Numbered from the stretch's first letter, positions 18,454 through 28,513 are shown. The stretch is 61,093 nucleotides of DNA from Deltaproteobacteria bacterium (GCA_037441465.1 JBBISC010000002.1:1-61093), one strand, 5' to 3'. Notes: generated by a model not told the origin, from the letters alone. Translations and numbers: made by a program.

Positions 18454-20391
18454 TCAGATACTCAACTCCGCCCCGAGGAGGAAGTTGAACCCCGGCGAGG
18501 GGAACCCTTTTCGCTCCTCGTAGCCGCGGTTCAGGAGGTTCTGGACCTTCATCGTCAGGGCGATCTCGCGGGCCTCCGACCCGGCGGGCTCCCAGGCGTA
18601 TCGCACGTGGGCGTTCACGACCGCGTTCCCGGGCCGACGTCCGGGGAGAAAGTCCGTGGGCCCGAACTCGTACTGGTCGCTCTCGAGCCGCCAGTCGAAC
18701 TGGGCCTGTAGACGTGTAGAGGGCGAGAACAGCAGGGATGCCGTCCCTCGCTGTTGCGGGATTCCCAGGATCCTGTTCGTTATGGCCGCAATCGCCGGAG
18801 AGGTATTCTGTGTTCCAGTATCCGTATACGTGTAGGAAACCTCTGCCCCCACCGCGGGGTGGAACCACCAGGTCGCCTGCGCCTCAACGCCCCGGGAGAA
18901 GGCGCCGCCCACGTTCTGGAGTTGCCCGAAAGGATGTCCGGCGGTCGGCGATCCCTGCTGGATCAACCCCCGGAAATCCTGATAGAAATACGTCGCCGAG
19001 ACGACCGCCCGCGTCCCTTTCGGACGGAAGTCGGCCCCCGCCTCGTAGGAGATCGCCGTCTCGGGGGACAGGTCGGGGTTCCCGCTCGTGGGGTCGAATT
19101 TCTCCACGATCGTTGGAACCCGGAATCCCCTGCCGTAGGCGGACCGCAGCGTGACATCGACCTTCTTCCCCGCCTCGGAGTTGTCGTCCAGACGCGCCCC
19201 CAGGCTGACGCCGGTCCGCTTACGGAACCGAAGTTCTTGCTGCAGGAAATACGACCGGTTGTACGTGGACGCCGAAACGTCGGTCACGGAATCGGGAAAC
19301 GGGGGAAACCGGAAGACGGCATCGTTCTGCGCCCGATCCTTGACATACTCGAATCCAAGGAATGTCGTGGACACGGGGCTCGCCGAGAGGCTCCCCTCGA
19401 CGCGGAAGAGGGTCTTGCGCGTCTTCACCTGGAAATCCGAAGAACCGAAGAGCGACGAGTCGGGCGGCTCGGACACGTGGAGAAACTCGTCGAACCCGGC
19501 ACCGGAGACAGAGAGCCGGACCGACTTCGAAACGGTCGTCTCCCACCGGAGGCCACCGAGAACGTCCCGCCGTTTCCGGCGCGCCACCGGATCCGGTCCT
19601 CGATCGTCGATGGGAATCCCCTTTTCTTCGCCCGTGGAGAGTGCTACCAGGTGGACCCGGTTCCGCTCCCCCACCGAAGTCTCCCCTGACCCGACGAAGG
19701 AAAAGAGGTCGGTGTCGTCGTTGGGGAGGGTCCCGTCGCTCTTGAGTCCTGAAACACCCAGGTGCAGGTTCTTTCCCTTCCCGGCCCCCTGGCCGAACCC
19801 GCTCCATTCGAGGGTGTTGAAACTCCCGCCCGAGAGCCCTGCCCCGTACTGCCGGCCTTCCTCCCCTTTCCGGGGTATGAAGTTCACCACCCCGCCCATC
19901 GCGTTCGACCCGTACAGGGCGCTCTGCGCGCCGCGGACGATCTCCACACGCTCGAACCCGTTCACCGGGAGGGCGCTGATATCGAACTCCCCCGATGAGG
20001 GGCTGTTCACGGGAAAACCATCGATCATCACCAGGGTGTGGGTGCTTTTCCCCCCGCGGATCTTGATGTTCTCCAGGCCCCCGAGACTTCCGGTCCGCTG
20101 GACATCGACCCCGGGGATCCCCTGCAGGACGTCGCCCGCCAGGGAAGGGCTCTTTTGATCCATGTCTTCCCTCGTCACCACGCTGACCGACGACGCCTGC
20201 TCCGAGACCTTCTCCTCGATCCGCGTCGCCGTCACGACGACGGGATCGGTACGCAGCGGCTCCTGCGCCATCGCCGGCAGGAAGCCCGTCAGGAAGAGTG
20301 CTGCGATGATCGCGGCCATGCACCACGCACCGTGGAGCACCCGCGTTGCTCTCCTCCGTTCCCGGAACCGTAACCTGTCGAATGCCTGCAT
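18454..20391 (-). CDS. btuB: TonB-dependent outer-membrane receptor, BtuB-like (cobalamin)
   Basis: It has a signal peptide, a TonB box (DPVVVTATR) and a plug (IEIVRGAQSALYGSNAMGGVVNFI). It is preceded by a cobalamin riboswitch and a GGAGGAACA RBS. Confidence 0.85.
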   Translation of the reverse strand: MQAFDRLRFRERRRATRVLHGAWCMAAIIAALFLTGFLPAMAQEPLRTDPVVVTATRIEEKVSEQASSVSVVTREDMDQKSPSLAGDVLQGIPGVDVQRTGSLGGLENIKIRGGKSTHTLVMIDGFPVNSPSSGEFDISALPVNGFERVEIVRGAQSALYGSNAMGGVVNFIPRKGEEGRQYGAGLSGGSFNTLEWSGFGQGAGKGKNLHLGVSGLKSDGTLPNDDTDLFSFVGSGETSVGERNRVHLVALSTGEEKGIPIDDRGPDPVARRKRRDVLGGLRWETTVSKSVRLSVSGAGFDEFLHVSEPPDSSLFGSSDFQVKTRKTLFRVEGSLSASPVSTTFLGFEYVKDRAQNDAVFRFPPFPDSVTDVSASTYNRSYFLQQELRFRKRTGVSLGARLDDNSEAGKKVDVTLRSAYGRGFRVPTIVEKFDPTSGNPDLSPETAISYEAGADFRPKGTRAVVSATYFYQDFRGLIQQGSPTAGHPFGQLQNVGGAFSRGVEAQATWWFHPAVGAEVSYTYTDTGTQNTSPAIAAITNRILGIPQQRGTASLLFSPSTRLQAQFDWRLESDQYEFGPTDFLPGRRPGNAVVNAHVRYAWEPAGSEAREIALTMKVQNLLNRGYEERKGFPSPGFNFLLGAELSI

Positions 20392-20399
20392 TGTTCCTC

Positions 20400-20584
20400 C
20401 TTTCCCTCGAAAGGGTGTGGTTTGATGCAGGGCGGCCCGGATCTTCTGGCTTCCGGCGGCCTACTCCCCGCGCCTTCCCATTCCGCGGAGCGGAACAGTG
20501 GCCTTGTGCGGGTTTCGTTCCGGTGACAGATGCGGGGCAGCGACGGATTCGCACCGTCTTCCCCGGTTCCGCCCTGGGTGAAAC
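20400..20584 (-). promoter_or_regulatory. cobalamin (AdoCbl) riboswitch upstream of btuB
   Basis: The minus-sense sequence is CAGGGCGGAACCGGGGAAGACGGTGCGAATCCGTCGCTGCCCCGCATCTGTCACCGG...AAGGCCACTGTTCCG...GGGAAGGCGCGG. It contains the GCCACTG B12 box and the GGGAAG...GGTG.GAATCC core. Confidence 0.85.
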
Positions 20585-21382
20585 CTAGTTCTTCGGAGGC
20601 ATCCCGCGCAGCGGGGTGACGCGGATCGAGCCGGTGGCGGGGTTCCGGTCGCAGGCGACAGCCACCCCGTACGCGGCCTGCACGTTGGCGGGAGTGAGCA
20701 CCTCCTCCGGCCGCCCCTGCGCCGCCACCGTCCCGCCGGACAGCAGAACGATCCGCTCCCCGTACTCCGCGCACAGCGACAGGTCGTGGGAGGCGACCAG
20801 CGCGGCGATCCCGCACGTCTCCTTCAGTTGCGTGACGATCTCGTAGAACGCTACCCGGTGGCGGATGTCGAGGAACGCCGTCGGCTCGTCCAGCAGCATG
20901 ACCCGCGCCTCCTGCGCGATCGCCCGCGCCACGGCGGCACGCTGGCGCTCCCCTGCGGAGATCTCCGCCAGGGTACGATCCCGCAGCCCGCTCAGTTCCG
21001 TCTTCTCCATCGCCCGGTCCACCTGCTCCCGATCCGCCGGCGACATTCCCCCGAAGAACCCCTGGTGGGGGAACCGCCCGAGCCCTACATAAGCGGCGAC
21101 CGTCATCGGGAAGTCGACCGGCGGATCCTGTCCCACGACGGAGAGGAGGCATGCCATCTCCCGGCGACGGAACTCCCCCGGGGGACGGCCGCACAGCCGC
21201 ACCTCCCCCTCGCGAGGCGCGAGGATCCCCGACAGGATCCGGATCAGCGTGCTCTTCCCGGCCCCGTTGGGACCGAGGAGGATCGTCACTTCTCCCGGCG
21301 AGAGGTCGAAGTTCACGCCGCGCAGGATGTCGCGGACCCCGTAGCCGAATCCCACTCCACGGGCGGACAGCACCGGGTTCAC
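20585..21382 (-). CDS. btuD: ABC transporter ATP-binding protein (BtuD/FecE type)
   Basis: The GTG start at 21382 overlaps the permease stop (GTGA). It has Walker A (GPNGAGKST), the signature motif (ISAGERQR) and Walker B (MLLDEP). Confidence 0.85.
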   Translation of the reverse strand: MNPVLSARGVGFGYGVRDILRGVNFDLSPGEVTILLGPNGAGKSTLIRILSGILAPREGEVRLCGRPPGEFRRREMACLLSVVGQDPPVDFPMTVAAYVGLGRFPHQGFFGGMSPADREQVDRAMEKTELSGLRDRTLAEISAGERQRAAVARAIAQEARVMLLDEPTAFLDIRHRVAFYEIVTQLKETCGIAALVASHDLSLCAEYGERIVLLSGGTVAAQGRPEEVLTPANVQAAYGVAVACDRNPATGSIRVTPLRGMPPKN

Positions 21383-22380
21383 GACCGTCCCCCGTTGCGG
21401 CGCAGCAGATAGAGGAAGAAGGGCGCGCCGGCGAAGGCGGTGACCGCGCCCACCGGCAATTCCCCCGCGGGGGAGGCGGCGCGGGCGACCGTGTCGGAGA
21501 GGACGAGGAAGGCGCCGCCCAACAGGAACGCGGCCGGCAGGAGGCGGCGGTGCCCGGAACCGACCAGCACGCGCGCGCCGTGGGGAACGATGAGCCCGAC
21601 GAATCCGATAAGGCCCGAGACCGCCACGACCGAGCCGGCCAGCAGCGACGCCGTGAGGTACGTCGCCGTCTTCACCCGCTCCACGGAGAGCCCCGCCTGG
21701 AAGGCGGCGTGATCGCCCAGGAGGAGCAGGTCCAGGCCGCGGGCGAGCACGTACAGGAGGACCGTGCCGAACGCCACGTACGGGAAGAGGACCGCGACGC
21801 GGCGGGGGGTTCCGAGGCCCAGGTCCCCCATCAGCCAATACAGCGCTCCGGGGATCTTCCCGGGCGGGGAGAGGGTTACCATCAGCATGATGACCGCGTT
21901 GAGAAACGCTCCCACGACGACGCCCATCAGGATCAACCGCTCAGGGGAGACCCCGCTGCGGCGGCGGGCGAGGAGGAAGACGGCCAGGGCGGACAGGGCC
22001 GCCCCGGCGAAGGCGCTCAGCGGAAGGAGGGGGGAAGCCTCCGCCGACAGGAAGAGGGCCACCGTGAGGGCGCCGACCGCGGCGCCTCCCGATACGCCGA
22101 GAATGTACGGGTCGGCGAGCGGATTGCGCAGCAGCGCCTGGAAGGCGACGCCGGAGGATGCGAGAGCCCCTCCCACGAGGGCGCCGAGGAGCGCCCGCGG
22201 GAGCCGCAGCGACAGCAGGACCCTGGCGGGGGTGCCGTCCGTTCCCCGGAAGATCGCGTCGAAGGCCGCGTGCGGGGAGATCGATACCGGCCCGATGGCC
22301 GCGGAGAGGACCAGCGCTCCAAAAAGCGCCGCGGCGAGCACGGGGAAAACCGCGCCGCTCTTTTTCCTTCCGCCCGTCAC
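21379..22380 (-). CDS. btuC: FecCD-family ABC permease (BtuC type)
   Basis: The GTG start at 22380 overlaps the btuF stop (GTGA). It contains RLPRALLGALVGGALASSGVAFQALLRNPLADPYILGVSGGA. Confidence 0.85.
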   Translation of the reverse strand: MTGGRKKSGAVFPVLAAALFGALVLSAAIGPVSISPHAAFDAIFRGTDGTPARVLLSLRLPRALLGALVGGALASSGVAFQALLRNPLADPYILGVSGGAAVGALTVALFLSAEASPLLPLSAFAGAALSALAVFLLARRRSGVSPERLILMGVVVGAFLNAVIMLMVTLSPPGKIPGALYWLMGDLGLGTPRRVAVLFPYVAFGTVLLYVLARGLDLLLLGDHAAFQAGLSVERVKTATYLTASLLAGSVVAVSGLIGFVGLIVPHGARVLVGSGHRRLLPAAFLLGGAFLVLSDTVARAASPAGELPVGAVTAFAGAPFFLYLLRRNGGRS

Positions 22381-23336
22381 CGCTTCCCCTTCCCACCCGC
22401 CGCAGGGGTCTTCCGGCGGGCTGTCCGCCAGTCGTCGAGAACGGCGGATACCCGCTCGAGCGCGGTCACCAGCCGAGGGCCGGGGCGCGTCACAAGGTCC
22501 CCGTCGAGGGTGATCACGGCGCCGTCCCGGAACGCGGGGACCTCCTTCCAGCGGGTGACCTCCGGTGGAAACCGCTCGACGCCGGACATCCCCGCGATGA
22601 AGATCACGTCCGGCCGGGACGCGACCAATTCCTCGACGGAGAGCCGCGGGTACCTGCCGGAAAAGCGCGCTGCGGCGTTCCTCCCGCCGGCGAGGCGCAG
22701 CAGTTCGTCCATGAAGGTGCCTTCGCCGGCGGCGATGATCGGCGCGGTGGAGACGACGAAGAGCGCGGCGGGCTTTTCCACGCCGCGGGAGAAGGTGCTC
22801 GCATGCCGCGCGCGAAGGCGAAGCGCCCCGGCCTCGGAGCGTCCCCGGTCCGCGGCGCCGAGGAGGGCCCCCAGGCGCTCGATCGCCGTGAAGACCGCGC
22901 CCAGGTCCTGCGGGGCCACCGCGAAGCACGGGATCCCCATCTCCTCGAGGGCCCGAACCTTCTCCCGGGGATTCCCGTCCGTCGTGCACAGGACGAGATC
23001 CGGTGACAGCGCGACGATCCGTTCTACGTCGGGATCACTCACGCCCCCGATCTTCGGAAGGCCGGAGGCCGCGGTCGGAACGTTGCAGAACCGGGTGACG
23101 CCGACGAGGGAACCGCCGCGGCCGAGGAGGAAGACGATCTCGGTGAGGCTGGGAGCCAGGGAGACGATGCGGCGGGGAGGGGCGGAGAGCCGAACGGTGA
23201 CGCCCCGGTCGTCCTTCAACGCGAGGGGGAACCGGTCCGCCGCGAACGCGGGGCGATCGATCACGGACGCAAGGAGGAAGACCGGGAGGAACCCCGCGAG
23301 AACAAGGCGTGCGACGGCGATCCGGACGCGGCCCAA
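22377..23336 (-). CDS. btuF: periplasmic cobalamin/siderophore-type substrate-binding protein (BtuF-like)
   Basis: It has a signal peptide, then RIVSLAPSLTEIVFLLG...PDLVL...PDVIF. The TTG start is preceded by GGGGGATGA, and a cobalamin riboswitch lies upstream. Confidence 0.8.
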   Translation of the reverse strand: MGRVRIAVARLVLAGFLPVFLLASVIDRPAFAADRFPLALKDDRGVTVRLSAPPRRIVSLAPSLTEIVFLLGRGGSLVGVTRFCNVPTAASGLPKIGGVSDPDVERIVALSPDLVLCTTDGNPREKVRALEEMGIPCFAVAPQDLGAVFTAIERLGALLGAADRGRSEAGALRLRARHASTFSRGVEKPAALFVVSTAPIIAAGEGTFMDELLRLAGGRNAAARFSGRYPRLSVEELVASRPDVIFIAGMSGVERFPPEVTRWKEVPAFRDGAVITLDGDLVTRPGPRLVTALERVSAVLDDWRTARRKTPAAGGKGKR

Positions 23337-23439
23337 AATGGATCATCCCCCGGCCCGATGCCTTGCGGAAAAACGGATGGGGGGGGTAAAACCGCGCGTC
23401 CTGACGGCGAAAGCGCCCCGGCCCTTCTCCCGCGAAAGG

Positions 23440-23660
23440 CGTCTCGGGATCTCTCCCCGCCGGGAAGGTCTCCTGGCTTCCGGTTCGCCGGCGGCCCCTC
23501 AAGGGTCGCCTCCCCTACTCTCCGCGCCTTCCCGCCCGTGCTCTCCTCATCCGGGCAGTGGCTCCGTTGCGGATTTCGTCACCGGTTACAGTTGCGGGGC
23601 AGCGATGGACTCGCACCATCTTCCCTTGCCCCGACGGGAACGTTCCGATCTGCGTGACCA
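23440..23660 (-). promoter_or_regulatory. cobalamin (AdoCbl) riboswitch upstream of btuFCD
   Basis: The minus-sense sequence is GGCAAGGGAAGATGGTGCGAGTCCATCGCTGCCCCGCAACTGTAACCGG...GGAGCCACTGCCCGG...GGGAAGGCGCGGAG. The outer boundaries are approximate. Confidence 0.8.
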
Positions 23661-23709
23661 TTCTGCAGCGCCGCGTCCCACCCGTCAAGACGGAATTACC
23701 GGCGTTCCG

Positions 23710-24777
23710 CTAAGGGGAGTCTCCCCATGCCCGCAGCCGGGCGCGGACCCGGTCCTCCATCGAGGGGCGCGACCCGGCGGAGGCGGCGAGGAACGCCGTG
23801 TACGCCTCGGTCCCCTTCGCGCGGTTCCCGGCGCGGTCGTACACCGTGCCGAGGTGGTACAGGACGTCGGGGTTGCCGGGGAACCGGCGGCCCGCGGCGA
23901 GCAGCGTCTCCTCGGCCTGCCCGAAATTCCCCAACCGCGCCTGCGCTACGGCGAGGTTCACTCGGGGGGCGAGCGCTCCGGGGGAAAGATCCGCCGCCCG
24001 GGAGAAAAAGGCGGCTCCCTCCTCGATCCGGCCCTGCGCAAGCCGGAGCAGCCCCGCGTTGAGCAGCCCGGGGGCATACCTGGGAGAGAGGGAGAGAACC
24101 TTCGAGAAAACGGCGTCCGCCTCGTCCAGCCGCTTCTGCCGGAGCAGCGCGAGGCCGAGCGCGTTCCACCCCTCCACGAGACCCGGCGATGACGCGGTGA
24201 CCTCCCGGAGCAGCAGCGAAGCCTCTTCCGTGTCCCCGCGGCCGAGCGCCGCGACTCCGGCGTTGAATTTCTCCAGCACCGGGTCGATCCGCTCTCCGGG
24301 CACCGGCAGGGGCGCGGTTCCGGCGGTCGCCGGGATGTCCGCCGCCGGAACGGACGGCGCGGAAGCGCGACGCGGCGCCGTCCTCCCCGGGGAGTGTACA
24401 CGGGGGGAGCCCGCCTTCGCCGTCGGCCGGATCGATGCGGGTTCGGAAACCGCCGCCGCCAAAGGTACTGCGGATGATGCCCCGGGCGGCGACGGCGCGA
24501 CGGGAGACGGCGGAGGGGTCGCCGGGGGCGCAGGCGGGAGGATCGCCTGCGATGCCGCAGGGACGGGGGGATTGGCGGGTGGAGGACCGGTCCCGCGGGT
24601 GAGGAAGAGTACCCCCGCGACGCCCACCGCGAACGCCGCGGCAAGGATCCCGGCGATCATCTTCCACCGCGTTCCCGGCATCCCGGGCGAACCCCCGCGG
24701 AGAGACGGAAGGGGCGGCGGAGAGTTTGACCCCCCGAGCCGCTGCGCCTTGCGGAGGGCGTCCTGGAGGAGACTCAC
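23710..24777 (-). CDS. membrane-anchored TPR-repeat protein (MshN/ExeB-like partner of the ExeA ATPase)
   Basis: The GTG start at 24777 overlaps the ExeA-like stop (GTGA). It begins VSLLQDALRKAQ, followed by a TM segment (IAGILAAAFAVGVAGVLFL), a Pro-rich linker and C-terminal TPRs. Confidence 0.7.
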   Translation of the reverse strand: MSLLQDALRKAQRLGGSNSPPPLPSLRGGSPGMPGTRWKMIAGILAAAFAVGVAGVLFLTRGTGPPPANPPVPAASQAILPPAPPATPPPSPVAPSPPGASSAVPLAAAVSEPASIRPTAKAGSPRVHSPGRTAPRRASAPSVPAADIPATAGTAPLPVPGERIDPVLEKFNAGVAALGRGDTEEASLLLREVTASSPGLVEGWNALGLALLRQKRLDEADAVFSKVLSLSPRYAPGLLNAGLLRLAQGRIEEGAAFFSRAADLSPGALAPRVNLAVAQARLGNFGQAEETLLAAGRRFPGNPDVLYHLGTVYDRAGNRAKGTEAYTAFLAASAGSRPSMEDRVRARLRAWGDSP

Positions 24778-25646
24778 GCGGCGCCCCCTCTCCCGAATCG
24801 GAACCATCGCCAGGGCCACGCCGTCCACCCGACCCTCCTCGACCCGTCGGAGAGGGACGCGGCGGCACGGACGACGTCCTCGGGCTCGACCCGCGCGGCG
24901 TTGCGAACGCACGCCGCGAGCAGGGCTCGGTCGCACAGCTGGTTGATCCGACGGGGAACTCCGCGCGACCGCCCGTGGAGCAGCCTCTCGGCCGCGGGGG
25001 ACAGGAAGGCCGATCCGGCGGCCCCCGCGACGCTCATTCTGTACTGGATGTACCGGGAGGTTTCCCGCAGGTCCAGCGGCAGGATCGTCGCCCGCACGGT
25101 GATCCTCTGGTCGAACTGTCGCAGCTGCGGAAGGCGGAGTTTTTCCCCCAGTTCCTTCTGTCCGAACAGGACGATCTGGAGGAGCTTGCGCTTCTCCGTC
25201 TCCAGGTTCGAGAGGAGCCGAACCTGCTCCAGGAGGGGAGGGGCGAGGTTCTGCGCCTCGTCGATGATCAGGACCGGGCGCCGCCCGGCTTCCGCCTCGG
25301 CGAGGAGGAACCGGTTCAGGGCGTCCAGCAGATCCTTCCGCGTCCCGTCCGGCACCGGCACGCCGAAGTCGTCGAGGACCGTGCGCAGCAACTCCTTCTC
25401 GGTCAGCAAGGTGTTCACGACCAGGGCGGTCGCGAACCGCTCCGGCAACCGCCGCAGCAACGCGCGGCAGACGGTGGTCTTCCCTACCCCGATGTCGCCC
25501 GTCACCACGATGAATCCCTCCCCCGACTCCAGCCCGAAGAGCAGGTGGTCCAGCGCCTGCTGGTGGCTCCCCGAGAGGAAGAGGAAATCCGGATCGGGCG
25601 TCAGCGAGAACGGCCGCTCTCTCAGCGAAAAGTATTCCTCGTACAT
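24774..25646 (-). CDS. ExeA/GspA/MshM-like AAA ATPase
   Basis: Begins MYEEYFSLRERPFSLTPDPDFLF, and contains GDIGVGKTT (Walker A), LIIDEAQNL and LLSNLETEKRKLLQIVLFGQ. Confidence 0.85.
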   Translation of the reverse strand: MYEEYFSLRERPFSLTPDPDFLFLSGSHQQALDHLLFGLESGEGFIVVTGDIGVGKTTVCRALLRRLPERFATALVVNTLLTEKELLRTVLDDFGVPVPDGTRKDLLDALNRFLLAEAEAGRRPVLIIDEAQNLAPPLLEQVRLLSNLETEKRKLLQIVLFGQKELGEKLRLPQLRQFDQRITVRATILPLDLRETSRYIQYRMSVAGAAGSAFLSPAAERLLHGRSRGVPRRINQLCDRALLAACVRNAARVEPEDVVRAAASLSDGSRRVGWTAWPWRWFRFGRGGAA

Positions 25647-25648
25647 GT

Positions 25649-27304
25649 TCAGTTCCACGGGCGGAACGTTTCCCGCTCCCCTTCCGTGCCGTAGAGCTGC
25701 GGCCGGCCGCCGAGGAGATGCCCCCGCTGCAGGTTCCGCAGCCGTTCCCGCTCCTGCGCCGCGATCTCCGCCCCCTCGCCGGGCCGGACGATCCTGGGCG
25801 AGATGAGGATCACCAGCTCGGTCTTCTTCTTGATCTGCTCGTTCTTCCGGAAGAGGGCCCCGAGGTACGGGATGTCCCCCAGCAGCGGCACCGAGGTGGC
25901 CGTCTCCTGGGTCCGCTCCTGCATCAGCCCGCCGATGAAGACTGTCTCCCCGTCGGCGACGGTCACCACCGTGTTCGCCTCCCGAACGTCGAGGATCGGC
26001 GCGGTGTTCTGGTCCGGCGCCACCGCGACCCCGACCTTCTCGGTGATCGTCGGGTGGATGGAGAGCATGATCCGTCCGTCCTGCCCTACCTGCGGCGTCA
26101 CGCTCAGGATGATCCCCTCCGTCACGCTGTCCGGAGTGTAGGTGGTGAAGGCGGCGGAGGTCGTGCTCGCGGGGGTGACCACCGCGCGGAAGAAGACGTC
26201 CTGCCGCCCGATCCGGATGATCGCCTTCTGGTTGTTGAGGGTGGACACCTTCGGCGCGGAGAGGATGTTCAGGTTCCCCGCCTGGGCCTGGGCGTCCAGG
26301 AACGCGTTGAACTTCGAGCCGGCGACGCCGAGCTGGAACGTCGTGGACCCGGTGGAAAGGCCCTGGATCGCGGTCGCTCCGCCGGCGAGGCTGCCGGACA
26401 GCGAAAGGGAGGAGAGGTCGGGGAACGCGGTCCAGTCGATCCCGTACTGCGTCGAGTCGTCGAGGGTCACTTCCATGATCCGCGTCTCGATCACGACGCC
26501 GGTGCGGACGCGGGCCTCGATCATCCGGAGGTACCGCTCCACCTCATCGACATTCGCCATGTAGTCCGTCACCGTGACGGTCCCCGACGTTCGGTTGACC
26601 ACTACTTTCCCGCTGCCGGGGGAAAGGAGCGCCCCGATCTCGTCCGCGAGCCCTCCCCAGAAATCCACCTTCTCCTCCGTGGTGACGGTGTTCGTGCTCT
26701 GGCTCTCCGAGCTGGTGGTGGAGGTCCCGGCGGAAGCCCCGGTGGTGCCTCCGCTCCCGCCGCCGCCCCCCGAAGTGGAGGTCGACGCCATGAGAGACCC
26801 CGACCCGGTTCGGCCGGTGATGAGGTAGTCGACCGGGAAGACGCGGGTCACCCGCTTCTCCGGGGCGACGCGGACCGTATTCCCGCCGAACACCGCCCGG
26901 CAACCGAGCATTCCGCAGACCTCGTCCATCAGTTCCTCGGCGGTCGCCTCCTTGATGTCCATCGTCACCGTGCCGGTCACCTCGGGGGAAAGGACGAGGT
27001 TGAAGTCGTTCTCCCTCGCAAGCGAGAGGAACAGCTCTCTCGCGTCCGCCCCCGCCATCACGAGGGTGTAGCGCCTCGCCGGCTTGCGGAACTCCGCGGC
27101 GGACGCACGGGTCCGTTCCATCCCCTCGAGCGGCGCGTCCGGAAGGGGCGCCGGTTTCGCGGAGACCGCCGGTTTCGGGGCGGGCGCCGCGGGGGCGACG
27201 GAAACCGCCACCGGCGGGGGGGGGGATTTCCTGATCGTCCGGGAGGTTGCGCACCCCAGACTCAGCGCCGTCATTCCGATCAGTGCAACCGCAAGGATCT
27301 TCAA
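25649..27304 (-). CDS. gspD: secretin (GspD/PilQ/MshL family) lipoprotein
   Basis: The TTG start follows AAAAGGAGG. It has a lipobox (ALSLGC) and the secretin C-domain (LNILSAPKVSTLNNQKAII...VPLLGDIPYLGALFRK). Confidence 0.85.
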   Translation of the reverse strand: MKILAVALIGMTALSLGCATSRTIRKSPPPPVAVSVAPAAPAPKPAVSAKPAPLPDAPLEGMERTRASAAEFRKPARRYTLVMAGADARELFLSLARENDFNLVLSPEVTGTVTMDIKEATAEELMDEVCGMLGCRAVFGGNTVRVAPEKRVTRVFPVDYLITGRTGSGSLMASTSTSGGGGGSGGTTGASAGTSTTSSESQSTNTVTTEEKVDFWGGLADEIGALLSPGSGKVVVNRTSGTVTVTDYMANVDEVERYLRMIEARVRTGVVIETRIMEVTLDDSTQYGIDWTAFPDLSSLSLSGSLAGGATAIQGLSTGSTTFQLGVAGSKFNAFLDAQAQAGNLNILSAPKVSTLNNQKAIIRIGRQDVFFRAVVTPASTTSAAFTTYTPDSVTEGIILSVTPQVGQDGRIMLSIHPTITEKVGVAVAPDQNTAPILDVREANTVVTVADGETVFIGGLMQERTQETATSVPLLGDIPYLGALFRKNEQIKKKTELVILISPRIVRPGEGAEIAAQERERLRNLQRGHLLGGRPQLYGTEGERETFRPWN

Positions 27305-27353
27305 CGGCCGACCTCCTTTTCCTATCTTCTGCGGACGCCGCACGCGATGCGCC

Positions 27354-27911
27354 TCATTGCTTGTACAACTCCAGGACAATCGTCTCATTCCCTCGACGGA
27401 GGGAGACGCGATACGGTTCGACCCGGGAGAGCGTCCAGTCTCCCACCTTCCCCCCGACGGGGACGAGACGATTTCCACCATCAGGTCCGTGACTCCGAAA
27501 GATCGCCATGGACACGGTCCCGCTCACGATGGTGCCCCTCAGTCCCGGCGACGACCCCTCCGCGCGGGGGTCCGAGGCGGCATCCCCGCTCTCCCTCCCC
27601 GCGGCGCGCCCCGCCGACGGACTTTCCGCGGTGGGCCCAAGGAACGGGTTCCGGTTCCACGACCAGGCCGGCCCCGTCCATCCCGCCGGGATCGGAAGGG
27701 CCGACGACGCCGGCGGCGGCGTCGGAGCCGAGGAGAGCGGCGCCGGTTCCCGGACGGCCGCGGGCGGCGAAGTCGCGACGGCGGTTGCCGGAACCGCGGG
27801 CGCCGGTCCCTTGCCGGCCCCGATCAGCCGGTAACCGACGAAGAGGATCGCCACGCCGGCAAGCGCGGCCGCCACCCTCTTGTCCCCGATCCACTCCCGG
27901 ACCGGCCTCAT
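27354..27911 (-). CDS. PilP/GspC/MshK-like inner-membrane-anchored pilotin-linker protein
   Basis: Begins MRPVREWIGDKRVAAALAGVAILFVGY (TM), followed by a Pro/Ala-rich linker. The C-terminal beta domain reads LRGTIVSGTVSMAIF...VGGKVGDWTLSRVEPYRVSLRRGNETIVLEL. The ATG overlaps the upstream stop (ATGA). Confidence 0.6.
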   Translation of the reverse strand: MRPVREWIGDKRVAAALAGVAILFVGYRLIGAGKGPAPAVPATAVATSPPAAVREPAPLSSAPTPPPASSALPIPAGWTGPAWSWNRNPFLGPTAESPSAGRAAGRESGDAASDPRAEGSSPGLRGTIVSGTVSMAIFRSHGPDGGNRLVPVGGKVGDWTLSRVEPYRVSLRRGNETIVLELYKQ

Positions 27912-28510
27912 CGCCCCCTCCGGTGCCATGCGGACAGCTCGATTTCGGTCGCCATGGCGTCCGCCTTTTCCCTGACCGACACCGACCGGATCGTCAGCAG
28001 CCGCCGGCCGCGCGGGATCTCGTCGAGGAACTCCGCGAGGTCCCGGTAGGTGGACCGGAACGTGAGGCGGAACCGGGCTTCCACGGCCTCCTCCTTCCCC
28101 TGCGCGGGGGCGCCCCCTCCAGCCGCCGTCGGATCCGGCGCGGCTCCGCCCTGCGCCTGTCCCGCGGCCGGCGCCACGGTCAACCCGAAAGCCTTCAGGT
28201 TGTGCCGCACCGCCATTTCGCCGATCTCCGCGAGGAGGTGCTCGGTGTCCGGGGTGGAGGGGACCCGCCGCTCCCACGCCCGGAGACGCTCTTCCCATCG
28301 CGCCCCATCGCCGACTCGCGATTCCGTCACCTCGGTCCGCAGCTTCATCGCCTCCGACACCTCCGCGTCCTTTGCCGCGATCTCCGCGCGAAGAGAGCCG
28401 ATCGTCCGGAGTTCCGGGGCGAACAGGAGGAAGTACGACGCGGCGCCGAGCGCCGCCAACCCCAGCGCGACCGGGAGGATCCCCTCTTTCTTGTACCAGC
28501 GCGACGACAT
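27908..28510 (-). CDS. PilO/GspM/MshJ-like assembly protein
   Basis: 200 aa with a single N-terminal TM, a coiled coil, and a C-terminal FRLTFRSTYRDLAEFLDEI...LLTIRSVSV segment typical of PilO-like proteins. Confidence 0.6.
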   Translation of the reverse strand: MSSRWYKKEGILPVALGLAALGAASYFLLFAPELRTIGSLRAEIAAKDAEVSEAMKLRTEVTESRVGDGARWEERLRAWERRVPSTPDTEHLLAEIGEMAVRHNLKAFGLTVAPAAGQAQGGAAPDPTAAGGGAPAQGKEEAVEARFRLTFRSTYRDLAEFLDEIPRGRRLLTIRSVSVREKADAMATEIELSAWHRRGR

Positions 28511-28513
28511 CGG

